Assembly: GCF_963676685.1 (NCBI RefSeq)
Contig: NC_092347.1
Span: forward strand, 41,416,001-41,480,000
Reading direction: 5' to 3'
DNA length: 64,000 bases
DNA from: Mytilus edulis
Lineage: Eukaryota
A model generated the notes under the pieces. It did not search any database, was not told the DNA's origin, and saw only the letters and a program-made list of their open reading frames with translations. The translations under genes and the position numbers were made by a program. Below are positions 26,914 to 41,333 of the stretch, piece by piece. The first letter of the stretch is position 1. Every line of letters starts with the position of its first letter.

Positions 26914-29806
26914 AGAATGTACCTTTAACTGTATGTTTGTAAAATTTGTCAGCTTTATTATAATGTAATCTTAATTCTTTGGCAACCTGTAAACATTGTC
27001 TATCTTTATAATTTACTGAACTTTAGTCGAAGCAGCCTTTTGAACTGACACGATCCTTTAAGTTTCATTAAAGTGAAAATAAAAATCCATGCTGAAAGTC
27101 ATAGTTTGTACATGTATTCGCTCTACCAGTCGGTGAGCTCCATGTAGTTCCGCCAGTTGGTTTATGTTTTATAGGCAGGGGCCCATTCGTTGGTCACTGT
27201 CTTTCATTTCGGCATATTCGCCAGTTTCAGCAACAGAACATGTTGCACTGTATCAAACATCAGGGCCGTAAATTGCCTCCCCTGAAATTTTTGGACCCTT
27301 TTTAGACAAAAAAAAAAATTCGGGTTTTTTCCCTGTATGCAATGTACCTCCCCAGAATCCACCACTTGTTAGAATTTTGTTACATTTCAATAATTAAGCG
27401 CCTAAAAATATTGAATACAGTTGTCTGCTCTATGGTCGGGTTGTTGTCTTTTTGACAAATTCCCCATTTTCATTCTCAATTTTATAATTCTGAGTAAGAT
27501 TATAGGTGTTAAGTAAAAAAAATTTACGCTTTATACTGCTTAATGACTTCACAAGCCATTTTTACTAAGTTTTAGTGAAACAGTTTGCGAACTTAAAATG
27601 AAAGACTCCCTGACATTGCCAACTTGAGCATTTTTTGTGGTTTATCCTACTTTTTTTTGTCTGTTCAAATCGAGCTATTTTAACTTCGCTTCACAGACAC
27701 AATTTACAAACCTTAAACTGAAAATTCAAATGTAATTTATAACTAATAATTTTGATTATAAAATTCAAATTAATATAAAGTAACACTGTTTGTTTAACTG
27801 AAAGTTTTATTTGGTTAAGCTTTATCAAATGCCAAGGCGATTTTTCTGTGACCGGTTGAATCCCATCTCTTAAGCACTCCTATACCTTCAACATTGCCAA
27901 CATTGTCACTTCTATGTGTGTAGCATAGCAAGACCACACAATCTGTTTTCCGTCATTGTTGACCTGTTCCATGTTTTGAGGCGCCGTAGCGCAGAAAACG
28001 ATCTTTCACCATAGCAAGACCCAACTGGCAAGGCTAACAAAAGCAGTAGTATTTGCCTTATATTTGGGTAAAACTGCGTGTGATTGATGTCTTGCTCTAT
28101 TGTACATTTTGACCCAATCTCCTTAACCGACGTAACAGTTTTCCATCTATGAACTTCTTGTGGCAAGTCATCAGGGTATGGAATATCATTTATATACTCA
28201 TTAGCAATAGAGCCTATAATGTCTTCCGTCAACTTACAAAAGTACCGTGGTAGCAAGTAAAATCCGTAAAGCATTGGCTTAATATCGTCTGGAAATCTGT
28301 CATTAAGATGTTTAATGATGTGATCAATCAGAGGTATAAAAATGTTGATCCGATAATGCTGTTCTACAGTTTCAGCTGCTGCATTTGCCCTATGGCGTTG
28401 GCGTCCAGATGTTCGCGGTTTGTTGATCGTATTCGTAATGTCGTTCTTATTTGCGATTGTAGTTGCTCTTTCAAAAAGCCCATCAAAAGCTTCTTCTGCG
28501 TGTTCCCGTATCTCGAGAAAAGATGCAGCTAATGAACGAGCTTGAACGTGTGGTTCCACAAGATCACAGTTTTCAGATTGAAGTTCTATGGACAAGGGTC
28601 TTAGTTATCCTAGTAGGAACTGGGTTACGACAGCTACTACTAATATTTCAAAGATATTCACCAGATTTAAATATCGAACACACCCTGCAATTATGATTAA
28701 TCACCTTGTTGGTCAAATTAATAACCGGTGCTACCGCTATTAAAATAATGCATGATTTTAACCATTTTTTTTATTTCTGGTTTTTTTTTCGTATTTTTTT
28801 TTTTGGTCAGCCCGCCATAGGAGGCAACTGCCTACATGCCTCCATGTAATTTATGGCCCTGAGTTACATTCCTGTAACAACATCTTTGTCACAGTATCCT
28901 GCTCCTGTTGCGAGCGAACGGTTATGTCAAATTACTGTACGTCACAGTTCAATTTGGGGTCCTAATTGTGGTCCACGTTCAAGTCATGACGTCGATATTT
29001 TTTTTTAAAACAAATTGTATCAAATGGGATGGAAAAAAATCACAAATTTTATTGCAGGATAAAGACAACAACTATTTGGTGTCTTTAGATATCAGCTGTC
29101 TTTGCATTCGGTTCCAAACAGGAGTAATAGCTCGCTAAAGCCCGTATTACACCTGTTTCGTAGCCTCGTACAAATACACCTGATATTTAGAGACACTAAA
29201 CAGTTATTGTCGGATATTTAAAATTTGCGTTTCTTGGCACCACCATAAATTTAGAATATGTGGAGTTATGACAACCGACCTTCACACACAAAAAAACAAA
29301 CTGACAAACACAAAATTTCTCTTTCCGAAGAGTTAATTTGAACCGGCAAATGCTCCCGAAGTATGTTAGATGTTCAAATTTGCGTTAGAAAATTTTTGTT
29401 CTTCAGTATATAATATATACTTTTTTTCTCTCGATTATATCATGTTTAGTATAAAATAATCCAGATACGTTTCATGAAATTACGCCGGCCCCATACCTTT
29501 TCAAAAATCCAGGATCCAACCCTGAATATAATGAAACGTTAAACTGTTGATCATACTTCGACAGTCAAATAATAGCTGTAAGTATCTAAATAATGTTTTT
29601 TCATTTCATAAATAGTATTGTTGTGTTGTATTAACGCATGTAATTAAACAGTTAACATAAAGCCCCCCCCCCCCCCCCCCAGCCCTTCCCCCCCCCCCAA
29701 AAAAAGTCAATAAAAATCAATTAATATACAGAAAAAATAACAATAACATTACCCAGTCTTAATGTATATGGTGAGATTCATTACGTAATATAATAAGTTA
29801 AACAAT
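26446..29806 (+). repeat. Direct segmental duplication, copy X (~3.36 kb)
   Basis: Colinear with 34237-37407, with scattered SNPs/indels and a ~165-bp block (about 29240-29405) absent from the second copy. Confidence 0.9.
27261..28861 (-). mobile_element. Internally deleted hAT transposon with C-terminal transposase pseudogene (hATC dimerisation domain), copy 1
   Basis: TIR CAGGGCCGTAAATT / AATTTATGGCCCTG. ORF 27912-28595 contains KPRTSGRQRHRAN and LLALPVGSCYGERSFSALRRLKTWNRSTMTENRLCGLAMLH. Confidence 0.85.
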
Positions 29807-32174
29807 AATATAATTTCAGTCGGTTGATTTTATGAATTAGAATGAAATTATTTTCTTCTGAATTGTCTGCCCATAGATGGCGTTTAGGTTAAGTTGTTTG
29901 TGTGATTTGGCGGTTAAATCATTCGACACGACAGGGTCTACTCGATAGGTCACGTTAATTTTTCTAGCTGTGTTAGTCGATTAGTACGTTCGAATTTAGT
30001 CTTGGATTATGAATATTATGAAGATAATGAACCCGATATTTCATTGAAAACTGTAAATTAACTGCTTTAAACTGTTAAATCAACAAAGTTGAGGTATTGA
30101 GCCGGCAATTATTGGTGATAGAGAGACGGAGAAATTTGGTGGACTTGGATAAGTTGCAGGGTGCTAACCAGTTTATGGAGTACCAGAAGAAGAGAAAAGA
30201 AAAAGGGAACATACTACTTTTGTGGGTCCTACACACACTACAGGTCCAGCAGTCCGTATGTCAACAGTAGTAAATCACCCCCAAACCTGGCCTCAGTGAA
30301 ATTTTGAAAGATGAGTATTTAAATTATCTATAAATTTTACCTTTAATAGATAATTGTATTGATTATAATTTGACCAATGATTATATTGAATATCAAGTAG
30401 GTCAATCTGATATTATTGTTAAGGATAGATTTAGCAGAAACATTCAATTTTAGATGTATATTGATACGCCTATATTTATTATAGATACTATTAGAGATGG
30501 TTGTATATTACTTTTCTATTCAAATACAATATCGATTTATTGTTTGTCAAATAATTTATTAGTTTTAAAATACCTCTTTTGTTAAATCAGAGGTTACTGA
30601 TTTATTAGCTTTGATTTAATTGTACTGAGAGATGTCAAAATTCACTTTGTTGTGAATCCTTTAATGTTTCTGTTCAGTCAAAACAACACGTTTAAAATAA
30701 GATTTGAGAGAGAATATGACAGATATTTGCGGAAGATCAGTGTAAAGTTTGAAGATATGCGTATTGCAAAACATTACATTTATACCAATTCATATACGTT
30801 TAAGTATGTTACACATTATGCATAAAACCATGTCTATATGTTTCCACCTCATACTAAATATCTATGATTTGCATGGGACTTTAACGGTGTTACTGCTTGT
30901 TATATTTTTACTATAATATCTCATTAAAATGGAGAGGAGAAGGAAAGCAGATTATTATGTACTTAGACGATGTACTCGGTGCACATGACAATGTATGTAA
31001 TACAATAAGTAGCGGTTTTATACCCAAGGCTGAAAATTTTGTGGACTACTATTAAAAACCTTAAATTTTCAGGCACTAAGATAAAGGAGTTTTTACTATT
31101 CCTGACAATCGTAAAGACAAGATACTGAATATCATTTCATACATTGATTTGTGTTTAGCAAAACGGAAAAGTATTTGTAAGGAAGGTAGCTTCTTTGGTA
31201 GGACAGCTTATATCTATTTCTCAAGTATATTTATTTTCAAAATATTTGTCTAATTATATAAATAGTGTTCATTCATGCCGGAACAGTAAATAAATATACA
31301 TTTATCTGTACACAGTATTGGTCTTATTAATAAAAATATTTGAGGTTTAAAATGCACATGAAGCCAATGTTAAACCTTTTAAATCTGAAGTTCTTGGCAG
31401 ACTATAACGTACAGTGAAAACCCATGTAATATTGTTCACGATACGTGGTTAGAATGTGAGGTTTCTACAAGTTCCAAATGGAAGGAGTTCACAGTAGTGA
31501 AAAATGTATTTTTGGGTTTGATATACTTTTTAGCTTGCAACAATACAAGATTAACCACAATCAACATGTTGTTAGTAAAAGGAGCACGACATCAGTATTG
31601 CAAAAGTTAATTTTAGACATTTTAGCACATATATTGCACAATGTTTATATTGACATGGTAGTGAGCCTACGTACTGAGAATAAGAGAGCAGATTATCTTA
31701 GTCGGATTGTTGATTAACATGATTGGCTATAGGCTAATTCTGAATTTGTATTTCAGATAGTTGAATCCCTTGGGGTACCTCATGAGGTTGATTAGTTTGC
31801 CTCTGATGACAATTTTAAATTGATAGTTTTTTATTCCAGATTTTGGAATGTGAATTCGTCAGGTATTGACGCTTTCGCGGTTGATTGGCGAGGGATTAAC
31901 GGGTTGTTCGTTTCACCTGTTTCTTTGTTCTTACAAGAATTAAGGTATATTCGACAGTGAAAATTAAACTGTTGGTACTTTTACTTTATACTGGCTCTCT
32001 GCTGGTTTTTTGGCTAAAGCCTTTTCCATATGGTGATGGTTTCATTTCTGAAGTGACAAATTTTATGGATCTTCCTACTTAAAGACATGCTTATATAGCT
32101 GGTATGAGTAAAAAGGCCTTATTTGGCAATGTTGATTTAACATTTGTATATGAGCATTAATGATGGATTTTTCA

Positions 32175-32295
32175 TCCAGCTATAGATCACTTTAATGTGA
32201 GCATGTATTATAGATCACTTTGATGTGAGCATGTATAATATCACTCTGACGTGAGCATGTATTATAGATCACCTTGATGTGAGCATGTATATGAT
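32175..32295 (+). repeat. ~28-bp minisatellite inside the YR element
   Basis: TATAGATCACTTTRATGTGAGCATGTAT, about 4 copies. Confidence 0.8.
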
Positions 32296-33162
32296 AGATC
32301 TCTCTTGATCTCTTGGTATAGATTACTAGCTTTACTAGAATTTGAATTTCAGTTAGTTTTTGAGTTGAGATTTCATATGAATTTTGCGGATAATTAGATG
32401 CATAGTACTTAGCTGATAGTTATAATTTTAGATTGCTTTTATTAGTTATGTTTCATTTTTTAATTACAAATATATTTTTGCAGGCACTCTCCGGAAGAAT
32501 TGCAGTCTTTACCTGCTTCGCTAGTTAGCAAAGTGAATTTTCTCTCAGAACTAATGTAGGAATCTCAGCAGTTTCTACTACAAAGAGTTTTTTACGCTGG
32601 AATAATTGGCCTGCATCAAACAGAATTGAAAAATGGTTATACTGTACTTGCAAAAGCTTTTTACGTTGCTATATATTTAGCTTTATTGACACACTCGAGA
32701 AATACTGTTAGTCCAGTTGAACAACCGTTTTACTCTTTACAGTGGATACATTCTCTTATTGGATCATCATGTTTACCGACGAATTCGTCTTTAGTAATTA
32801 ACCTACTAGAAGATGTGAAGCGTAGCTTGGCTATTTTTACGAATATAAAGGAGACTGTTTCGGTAGAATTACTGCATATAATGTGGGTTGCTATGTTTTC
32901 TTTTGGTGACTTGTATAATCAGCATATTTAATATTTGTACGTGTTTCATTGCTTTTGCGAGTTTATGAGTTGCTTTATATTCGACGAAGTGATTATTTTA
33001 AGTTATTTTAGATCAATATTTGCATGTCTATTGTCATTTAACGTATCAAAACAGACGTATACAGATTGAGAGATGGCGATTCAGTGTCATTCGTATAAGT
33101 GTCAGTGAAAAATAAGGAATTATGTTTGCATTTGACTGATATTTCTAGCAATTTTGATGAGT

Positions 33163-33193
<31 letters not shown>

Positions 33194-33896
33194 TTTTTTG
33201 GATTTTGTCCAAATGTTTAGATGTTGATGTTTTACGTAAAAGAATACGCCAGTGTCATACTTTAGGATGCGCGAGCTCTTTATTGAAGTTTCCAGTCGTT
33301 TGTTTTTGATATAAAGTGTTATGAGTTTCACAGTTTTAGGTCTGAAGGTGCTAGTGCTTGTGATAATTTAGGTTTACCAGACTCTTTTTAAGAGACACGG
33401 TAGATGGTGTTCCGAAACGGCAAACGATATTATCGTGAAGGATTCTTTAGATAATTTCTATCGCATTATTTTCAGACTTTTATTGCATGATTTAGATCAC
33501 CTTTTTAATTTTCCCGTTCTTTGTGTTTTCGGCCCTCGGCTCTGTCGTGTGGTATTGCACTTTACTCTTTTTTGTTATTTATTTAATAATATGATTATTA
33601 TCAGTGGTTGTGATATATGGGTGTTAACGGAAGAAGAAATATAATTTCAGTCGGTTGATTTTATGAATTAGAACGAAATTATTTTCTTCTGAATTGTCTG
33701 CCCATAGATGGCGTTTAGGTTAAGTTGTTTGTGTGATTTGGCGGTTAAATCATTCGGCACGACAGGGTCTACTCGATAGGTCACGTTAATTTTTACATCC
33801 ATGCTATTTGATATTTTGTATCATGCATTAAGAGATTGATTGATTTACAAATGATTGTGTGTATTGAAATACTAGTATTTATAATATATATATATA

Positions 33897-34055
33897 TCTA
33901 GCGGGACGGCTACAGTGCAGGCGATTTGGTGTCACGATATCTCAGTAGCATGGGTTCGGATCCCGGCGAGGGAAGAACAAAAAATTTGCGAAAGCAAATT
34001 TACAGATCTAACATTGTTGGGTTGATGTTTAGACGAGTTGTATATATATATATAT
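33897..34055 (+). mobile_element. tRNA-derived SINE (5'-clipped) with (TA)n tail
   Basis: B-box GGTTCGGATCCC. Same family as 43165-43310 (+) and 43440-43660 (-). Confidence 0.75.
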
Positions 34056-34236
34056 TTATATAATGACTTTTCGTTCTGATTCGAAATTTGTCTATAATAA
34101 AAATATTTAATGGTTGTTATTAAACCAGCCGTCGGCTCTGTCGTGTGGTATTGCACTTTACTCTTTTTTGTTATTTATTTAATAATATGATTATTATCAG
34201 TGGTTGTGATATATGGGTGTTAACGGAAGAAGAAAT

Positions 34237-37200
34237 CAGAGTATCGGGTATACATGTATGTCGAACACGCTACAAGGCGCTTAAAAACTTTCAGAGTCAT
34301 TGGAAGCTTATGGAGACACCAGACTGACGTATCAATCAGACTGTAGAGCTTTGTGCGGGATTAGTGGAGCGACAGGTTGAACTTTGTCAGGAACTGTAAT
34401 ACAACAAATAAAACTGACTAATATCTAACCATCTTACTATATTTATGTTATCAATCTGGAATCGAATGAACTTGTATAACTCTCAGTCCTCCCTTTTCTA
34501 GCCCGCCCTTTTCTAGCCTCTGTCAGCAATGATAACACAAAAGAAATTGTCATATACATGTAGGATGTTACATAATGAGACTCTAGATAAATGTGATTTG
34601 AAGTAACCAAGACGTGCAGAATTTTACCTGTTTAAATCTATAATCAATGTTTTGACACCGTCCCCAAATTTAAAGTCTAATTTGTCAACCTCAGCGTCGA
34701 AAATGTACCTTTAACTGTATGGTTGTAAAATTTGTCAGCTTTATTATTATGTAATCTTAATTCTTTGGCAACCTGTAAACATTCAGTTGTCTATCTTTAT
34801 AATTTACTGAACTTCAGTCGAAGCAGCCTTTTGAACTGACACGATCCTTTCATTAAAGTGAAAATAAAAATCCATGCTGAAAGTCATCGTTTGTACATGT
34901 ATTCGCTCTACCAGTCGGTGAGCTCCATGTAGTTCCGCCAGTTGGTTTATGTTTTATAGGCAGGGGACCATTCGTTGGTCACTGTCTTTCATTTCGGCAT
35001 ATTCGCCAGTTTCAGCAACATAACCTGTTGCACTGTATCAAACATCAGGGCCGTAAATTGCCTCCCCTGAAATTTTTGGACCCTTTTTAGACAAAAAATG
35101 ATTTATTTTTTTTCGGGTTTTTTCCCTGTATGCAATGTACCTCCCCAGAATCCACCACTTGTTAGAATTTTGTTACATTTCAATAATTAAGCGCCTAAAA
35201 TATTGAATACAGTTGTCTGCTCTATGGTCGGGTTGTTGTCTCTTTGACAAATTCCCCATTTTTATTCTCAATTTTATAATTCAGAGTAAGATTAGGTGTT
35301 AAGTAAATTGTTTTTACGCTTTATACTGCTTTATGACTTAACAAGCCATTTTTACTAAGTTTTAGTGAAACAGTTTGCGAACTTAAAATGAAAGACTCCC
35401 TGACATTGCCAACTTGAGCATTTTTTGTGGTTTATCCTACTTTTTTTTGTCTGTTCAAATCGAGCTATTTTAACTTCGCTTCACAGACACAATTTACAAA
35501 CCTTAAACTGAAAATTCAAATGTAATTTATTACTCATAATTTTGATCATAAAATTCAAATTAATATAAAGTAACACTGTTTGTTTATACTGAAAGTTTTA
35601 TTTGGTTAAGCTTTATTTTTCTGTGACCGGATGAATCCCATCTCTTAAGCACTCCTATACCTTCAATATTGCCAACATTGTCACTTCTATGTATGTGTAG
35701 CATAGCAAGAACACACAATCTGTTTTCCGTCATTGTTGACCTATTCCATGTTTTGAGGCGCCGTAGCGCAGAAAACGATCTTTCACCATAGCAAGACCCA
35801 ACTGGCAAGGCTAACAAAAGCAGTAGTATTTGCCTTATATTTGGGTAAAACTGCGTGTGTTTGATGTCTTGCTCTATTGTACATTTTGACCCAATCTCCT
35901 TAACCGACGTAACAGTTTTCCATCTATGAACTTCTTGTGGCAAGTCATCGGAGTATGGAATATCATTTATATACTCATTAGCAATAGAGCCTATAATGTC
36001 TTCCGTCAACTTACACAAGTACCGTGGTAGCAAGTAAAATCCGTAAAGCATTGGCTTAATATCGTCCGGAAATCTGTCATTGAGATGTTTAATGATGTGA
36101 TCAATCAGAGGTATACAAATGTTGATCCGATAATGCTGTTCTACAGTTTCAGCTGCTGCATTTGCCCTATGGCGTTGGCGTCCAGATGTTCGCGGTTTGT
36201 TGATCGTATTCGTAATGTCGTTCTTATTTGCGATTATAGATGCTCTTTCAAAAAGCCCATCAAAAGCTTCTTCTGCGTGTTCCCGTATCTCGAGAAAAGA
36301 TGCAGCTAGTGAACGAGCTTAAACGTGTGCTTCCACAAGATCACAGTTTTCAGATTGAAGTTCTATGGACAAGGGTCTTAGGTATCCTAGTAGGAACTGG
36401 GTTATGACCGCTACTACTAATATTTCAAAGATATTCACCAGATTTAAATATCGAACACACCCTGCAATTATGATTAATCACCTTGTTGGTCAAATTAATA
36501 ACCGGTGCTATTAAAATAATGCATGATTTTAACATTTTTTTTATTTTCTGGGGTTTTTTTTTTGTATTTTTTTTTTTTATCAGCCCGCATTAGGAGGCAA
36601 CTGCCTACATGCCTCCATGTAATTTACGGCCTTGAGTTACATTCCAGTAACAACATCTTTGTCACAGTATCCTGCTCCTGTTGCGAGCGAACGGTTATGT
36701 CAAATTACTGTACGTCACAGTTCAATTTGGGGTCCTAATTGCGGTCCACGTTCAAGTCATGACGTCGATATTTTTTTTAAAATAAATTGTATCAAATGGG
36801 ATGGATAAAAATCACAAATTTTATTGCAGGATAAAGACAACAACTATTTGGTGTCTTTAAATATCAGCTGTCTTTGCATTCGGTTCTAAACAGGAGTAAT
36901 AGCTCGCTAAAGCCCGTATTACATCTGTTTCTTAGCCTCGTACAAATACACCTGATATTTAGAGACACTAAACAGTTATTGTCGGATATTTAAAATTTGC
37001 GTTTTTTTGGCACCAGTATATAATATATACTTTTTTCTCTCGATTATATCATGTTTAGTATAAAATAATCCAGATACGTTTCATGAAATTACGCCGTCCC
37101 CATACCTTTTCAAAAATCCATGATCCAACCCTGAATATAATGAAACGTTAAACTGTTGATCATACTTCGAAAGTCAGATAATAGCTGTAAGTACCTAAAT

Positions 37201-37407
37201 AATGTTCATTTCATAAATAGTATTGTTGTGTTGTATTAACGCATGTAATTAAACAGTTAACATAAAGCCCCCCCCCCCCCCCCCACCCCCCACCCCAAAA
37301 AAAAGAGTTAATAAAAATCAATTAATATACAGAAAAAATAACAATAACATTACCCAGTCTTAATGTATATGGTGAGATTCATTACGTAGTATAATAAGTT
37401 AAACATT
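34237..37407 (+). repeat. Direct segmental duplication, copy X' (~3.17 kb)
   Basis: See copy X. Confidence 0.9.
35046..36634 (-). mobile_element. Same hAT element, copy 2 (inside the segmental duplication)
   Basis: Same TIRs and flanks. ORF 35584-36051 carries the hATC motif. Confidence 0.85.
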
Positions 37408-37849
37408 ATTACATAAAGTTTTATACCTGGATAAGTTAATTTATATCACGTGATAATGAATTATTGATAAACATCGGGGGTTAAAATTGGTTTTGTTTTG
37501 CCTTCAGACTTTTCTCCCAACGGAATACTTCAGTGTCCGGATTTAAATATATTTGCAAAGTACGTACAGTTGATTATTAAATTATTAAAATCTACGTAAT
37601 ATTAATCTAATAAAACCAATAAGGGTATCTTTATATTTTGCAAATTATTGTGAGGTTTTGAGAAAACGAAAGTAGAATATTATATTTTCGAAAAATGTAA
37701 AATGTGTCATGGATGTAATTTACTATGAACTTTGGACTGTACTAATTATTTACGAAATCGGAAGTTAAAGTGTAAATTTCGTTTAATTGGCACTTACAAG
37801 CGCAATCGAGTTTCAATGTTAAGATATATATGATTACCATCTAGGATTT

Positions 37850-39688
37850 CCCTTACTGAAAAAATCAGCCTCCTGCAAACATTTGCTTCAAGTCTGCTGC
37901 GAACTTTCTGCAGACTTGCAGCGAACACAGAGTCCATGTTTGTGGCGTGTTTGCTGCAAATACGCTGCATGTCTGCTGCAAACAATTTACCATGCAAATG
38001 AGTGTTCGCTGCAGACCTGCTGCAAACATTAATATGCAAATGAGTGTTTGCTGCAGACCTGCTGCAAACATATTTTTACAAATCAATCTTTCTCCTGCGT
38101 GTTTGCTGCAGACCTGCTGCAAACATTTATATGCAAATGAGTGTTTGCCGCAGACCTGCTGCAAACATATTTATGCAAATTAATATTTCTCCTGAGTGTT
38201 CGCTGCAGACCTGCGGCAAACATTTTTATTCAAATCAATCTGTTATACAATTAACCAATGTCATGTTGTGTACACACCATTTTATCTATATTACACAGCA
38301 AATTCTAAAAAAAGTTGTTACATCCATTCATAAAATAATTCAATTACTTTATCATTTCAAAAACTATCATAGCATAAGTTTATACATGTTATACCTTTTA
38401 ACATGTTTGATAAGTTAAATTAATTCCAAGTACGTTTTCAAATGAATTACATGCATGAATCTAAATTAAAAAAGATTTATTTGAAAGGAGTAGGTCCAGT
38501 AAGACCCCTTTTTGGCCCCAAAATATAGCAGTTTTACAAAATTGTTAAAATGTAAACTTTTAGTTATTTATTGGACAGTAGAATGCTTTTGCTACATAAA
38601 TATGGCCAGTTTTTGACAATACAATTAATGCACATATATCGGGTACTAGCACCATTAAGTCATGCTATATTACTGAAAACTTCACTATTCTAGCATTTTA
38701 GTTAAATTTGATACGGTTTTCGTGTAAAACGGAAGTGGCCGCATTCGTGTTCATCCTTAATATTGAAATGTAAGTTGTATTTGATGATAATACATAACAT
38801 ATATAAAGTTTGAGGATGAACACGGATGCGGCCACTTTCATTTTTGACAAAAACCATCTGAAAAGTGACATTTTTCGGCATATTTGCTAGATTTTTCATA
38901 TTTGAGCTGGAATCGGATCGTTTTTAATGACTAAATCAGTTGAAATCTTTCACAAAAACGAATTGATTCAAATGAAATAGACACTTAAGTGTTTAATAAG
39001 TGGTCAAAATCTTTCGTCAGATGAACCTGGAATTTGAGGCCAGAATTGGTTCTTACCAGACCTACTCCTTTGATTTGCGCATGTATATATATACAGCTAG
39101 TTAAAATAAAATTCTCAAAAAATTCAACTGGGCTTACATATTTTGCATATGAGGGAGTACTGTATATTGCATGGTTACATATTTGAAATTGTATTTTTAA
39201 CCTTCATGCAGATATCTGTGGAGGGAATGAATATTTCATAAGTTTACATTCTACAATGAATTTGTACTTACAAATAATGTCTTTAAAAAACTAATCTGTT
39301 AATTGCCAAACTATAATGACTCCCTGAACACTAATATATATCATGACACAAACATCACCAACATTTTCAAATTTCAAATCTTTATCTTCCAGGAAGTTAC
39401 CAATAGGCATGCAAAGTCGTTTTATGTAGTTTCTTGCAATGCTCTTGCAAACATATAAAATTGTCAAAGATTCCTGCAATCTAGCTGCGAACATCCCTTA
39501 TATTCTTGTTTTTCCTGCAATCTTACTGCAAACATATTTGTTTCTGCAAACTTGTCGCAAGCTTGCAGCAAAAAGCTGCAATGTTTGCAGGAGGTTTGCA
39601 GCTAGCTGCAAACATTATTCAAATTAAGGGTTCCTGCAAGCTTTTTGTTTGCAGCAGACCTGCTGCAAACATTTCAGTTCTGTGTGGG
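37850..39688. mobile_element. CACTA/EnSpm-like non-autonomous element with subterminal GCAGACCTGCTGCAAACA repeats
   Basis: CCC...GGG ends with TT on both sides. Repeat-rich blocks at 37870-38225 and 39430-39675. Confidence 0.6.
38486..39069. mobile_element. Kolobok-like MITE nested in the previous element
   Basis: TIR AGGAGTAGGTCCAGTAAGA / TCTTACCAGACCTACTCCT, degenerate TTAA flanks, internal inverted repeat (38735-38765 / 38810-38838). Confidence 0.7.
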
Positions 39689-41333
39689 TTATATATCCTT
39701 ATTTTAATACGAATAACTTAGTCAACATACAGTATCAAAAATGCTCGCAAAAATGTAGTATGAGACTAACAAGAATCTATCAACCAAATACCAAAAGACA
39801 AGAATGTTTACAACTACAGATCACTGTATGGATCATTTCTGAGAAAATTAACGACCTGTTTCAATTAACATAGCCTTTTAACACGTTATCATAGTCAAAA
39901 GCTACTTGAGCTTTAGCCATCACTTGGCGTCTGAGTACCGAATCCAGGGAGGGGTCCGGGTTTTGATCCCTCCTTTTTTCGGTCAATGATTTTGAATGGG
40001 CATATACTTCACGGTTCAGCTAGCAAGCAAGCTAACCAAAGGTATTACCTTAAGCTACACACTCAATGCAGTCAGCTGTAAAGCATATCTAACAGTGTTA
40101 TGATTGATTAGAAGAAGGCCATGGTCTATAACCTGTGATAAAATCGGGCAACTGAATCTTTTTGAAATTTCAATTTGAAGTAAATTCTAAAGCATATTAC
40201 ATGTTTCTCAAAATCTAAAGAAGTGTTTAAGCAATTAACAAGATAGAATTGATCAGCAGGTCAAGGTTGATCTTCCATTATTTTTTTAGAATTATCAAAC
40301 CGCCAATTTTTGAGTTTTTGGCCCTAAAATGGCAATTATTTGGCAAATTGGCAGCTTCGGGTTATACTTATCTTGAAATGTAAAAATATAGAGAGAATTT
40401 TTAAAAGTATAGTAAGCACAAGAACACTCGGAAAATTAATATCTAAATATAAGTCACGATAGACGATCGAACTTTGAATTGATCCCTTATAGGAGTTATT
40501 ACCCTTGATTGAACGACTTATTTTACTGACTTTTTGCAGAAACTGTAATAGACAAACAGAAATGTAGAAAGCCATAAAACAAAGTCAAAATGAACCGTCA
40601 GAATCGTAAATTCATCCCATATGCATGTAGGAGTTAGTGCCCTTGAAAAACTAGTTTTACTATTAATTTTGTTAATCTTTTTTTCTAGCAAAAAGTATAA
40701 TAGATAGAGAGAATTGGTGTAAGCAAAAGTCTAAAATCTACAAATTCAACTTAACCGCAATTGTCAATTGACCGCTTTTATGAGTTATTGTCCTTGATAA
40801 ATGTTATTCTTCACTTTCTCATTTTTTGGCAGAAATTATCACAGATAGAGAGAACTTCAAGGTGTCTTTAAGCACAATAAATTCAAAAGATATTTAGTCA
40901 ACACTGTGAATTGATTCTATATTGCCATTAAAAGGTCCGCCTAAAAGAAGTTTGCCTGTAAACTTTGTCATAAATGCCATAAAGTCGTCTGTATCCTTTA
41001 TTCCGTAACGAACCAATACTGTAATATTTTGTCTAAATCAGACAGACAAAGGCCGTACGGTGACCTATAGTTGTTAATGTCAGTGTCATTTTGGTCTTTT
41101 GTGGATAGTTGTGTCATTGGCGATCATACCACATCTTCTTTTTTATATAATACAGAAAACTCATTCAACTTTGAACTTATAAACTAAAAGTCTATAATGA
41201 AGGAACTGTTATTTCATGACACACCAACGGATGGTAACCCAATTATGTTCTTGTTTCAACACACACAAAGATACTTTCTAAATATTTTTTTCTCTATTAG
41301 TTGATAATCGGCATTTGAAGATCTAGCAATACG

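Larger units (their letters stand above)
29807..34236 (+). mobile_element. Decayed tyrosine-recombinase retrotransposon (Ngaro/PAT-type split direct repeats)
   Basis: A1 29807-29963, B1 33536-33640, A2 33638-33794, B2 34132-34236. Remnants of RT (YLDD ~30960), RNase H (ENKRADYLSRIVD ~31680), MT-like domain (FASDDNFKL..FYSRFW...GIDAFAVDW ~31800) and YR (HSFRSEGASA...RHGRW ~33330-33410). Confidence 0.85.

Noticed and set aside
27253-28869. TSD for the hAT element
   Set aside because: The flanks TCAAACAT and AGTTACAT match only partly, so neither a 5-bp nor an 8-bp TSD can be claimed.
37794-39721. Cys-rich repetitive ORFs (CRPAAN, LQQVC)
   Set aside because: They are translations of subterminal DNA repeats of a non-autonomous transposon and are open in several frames on both strands.
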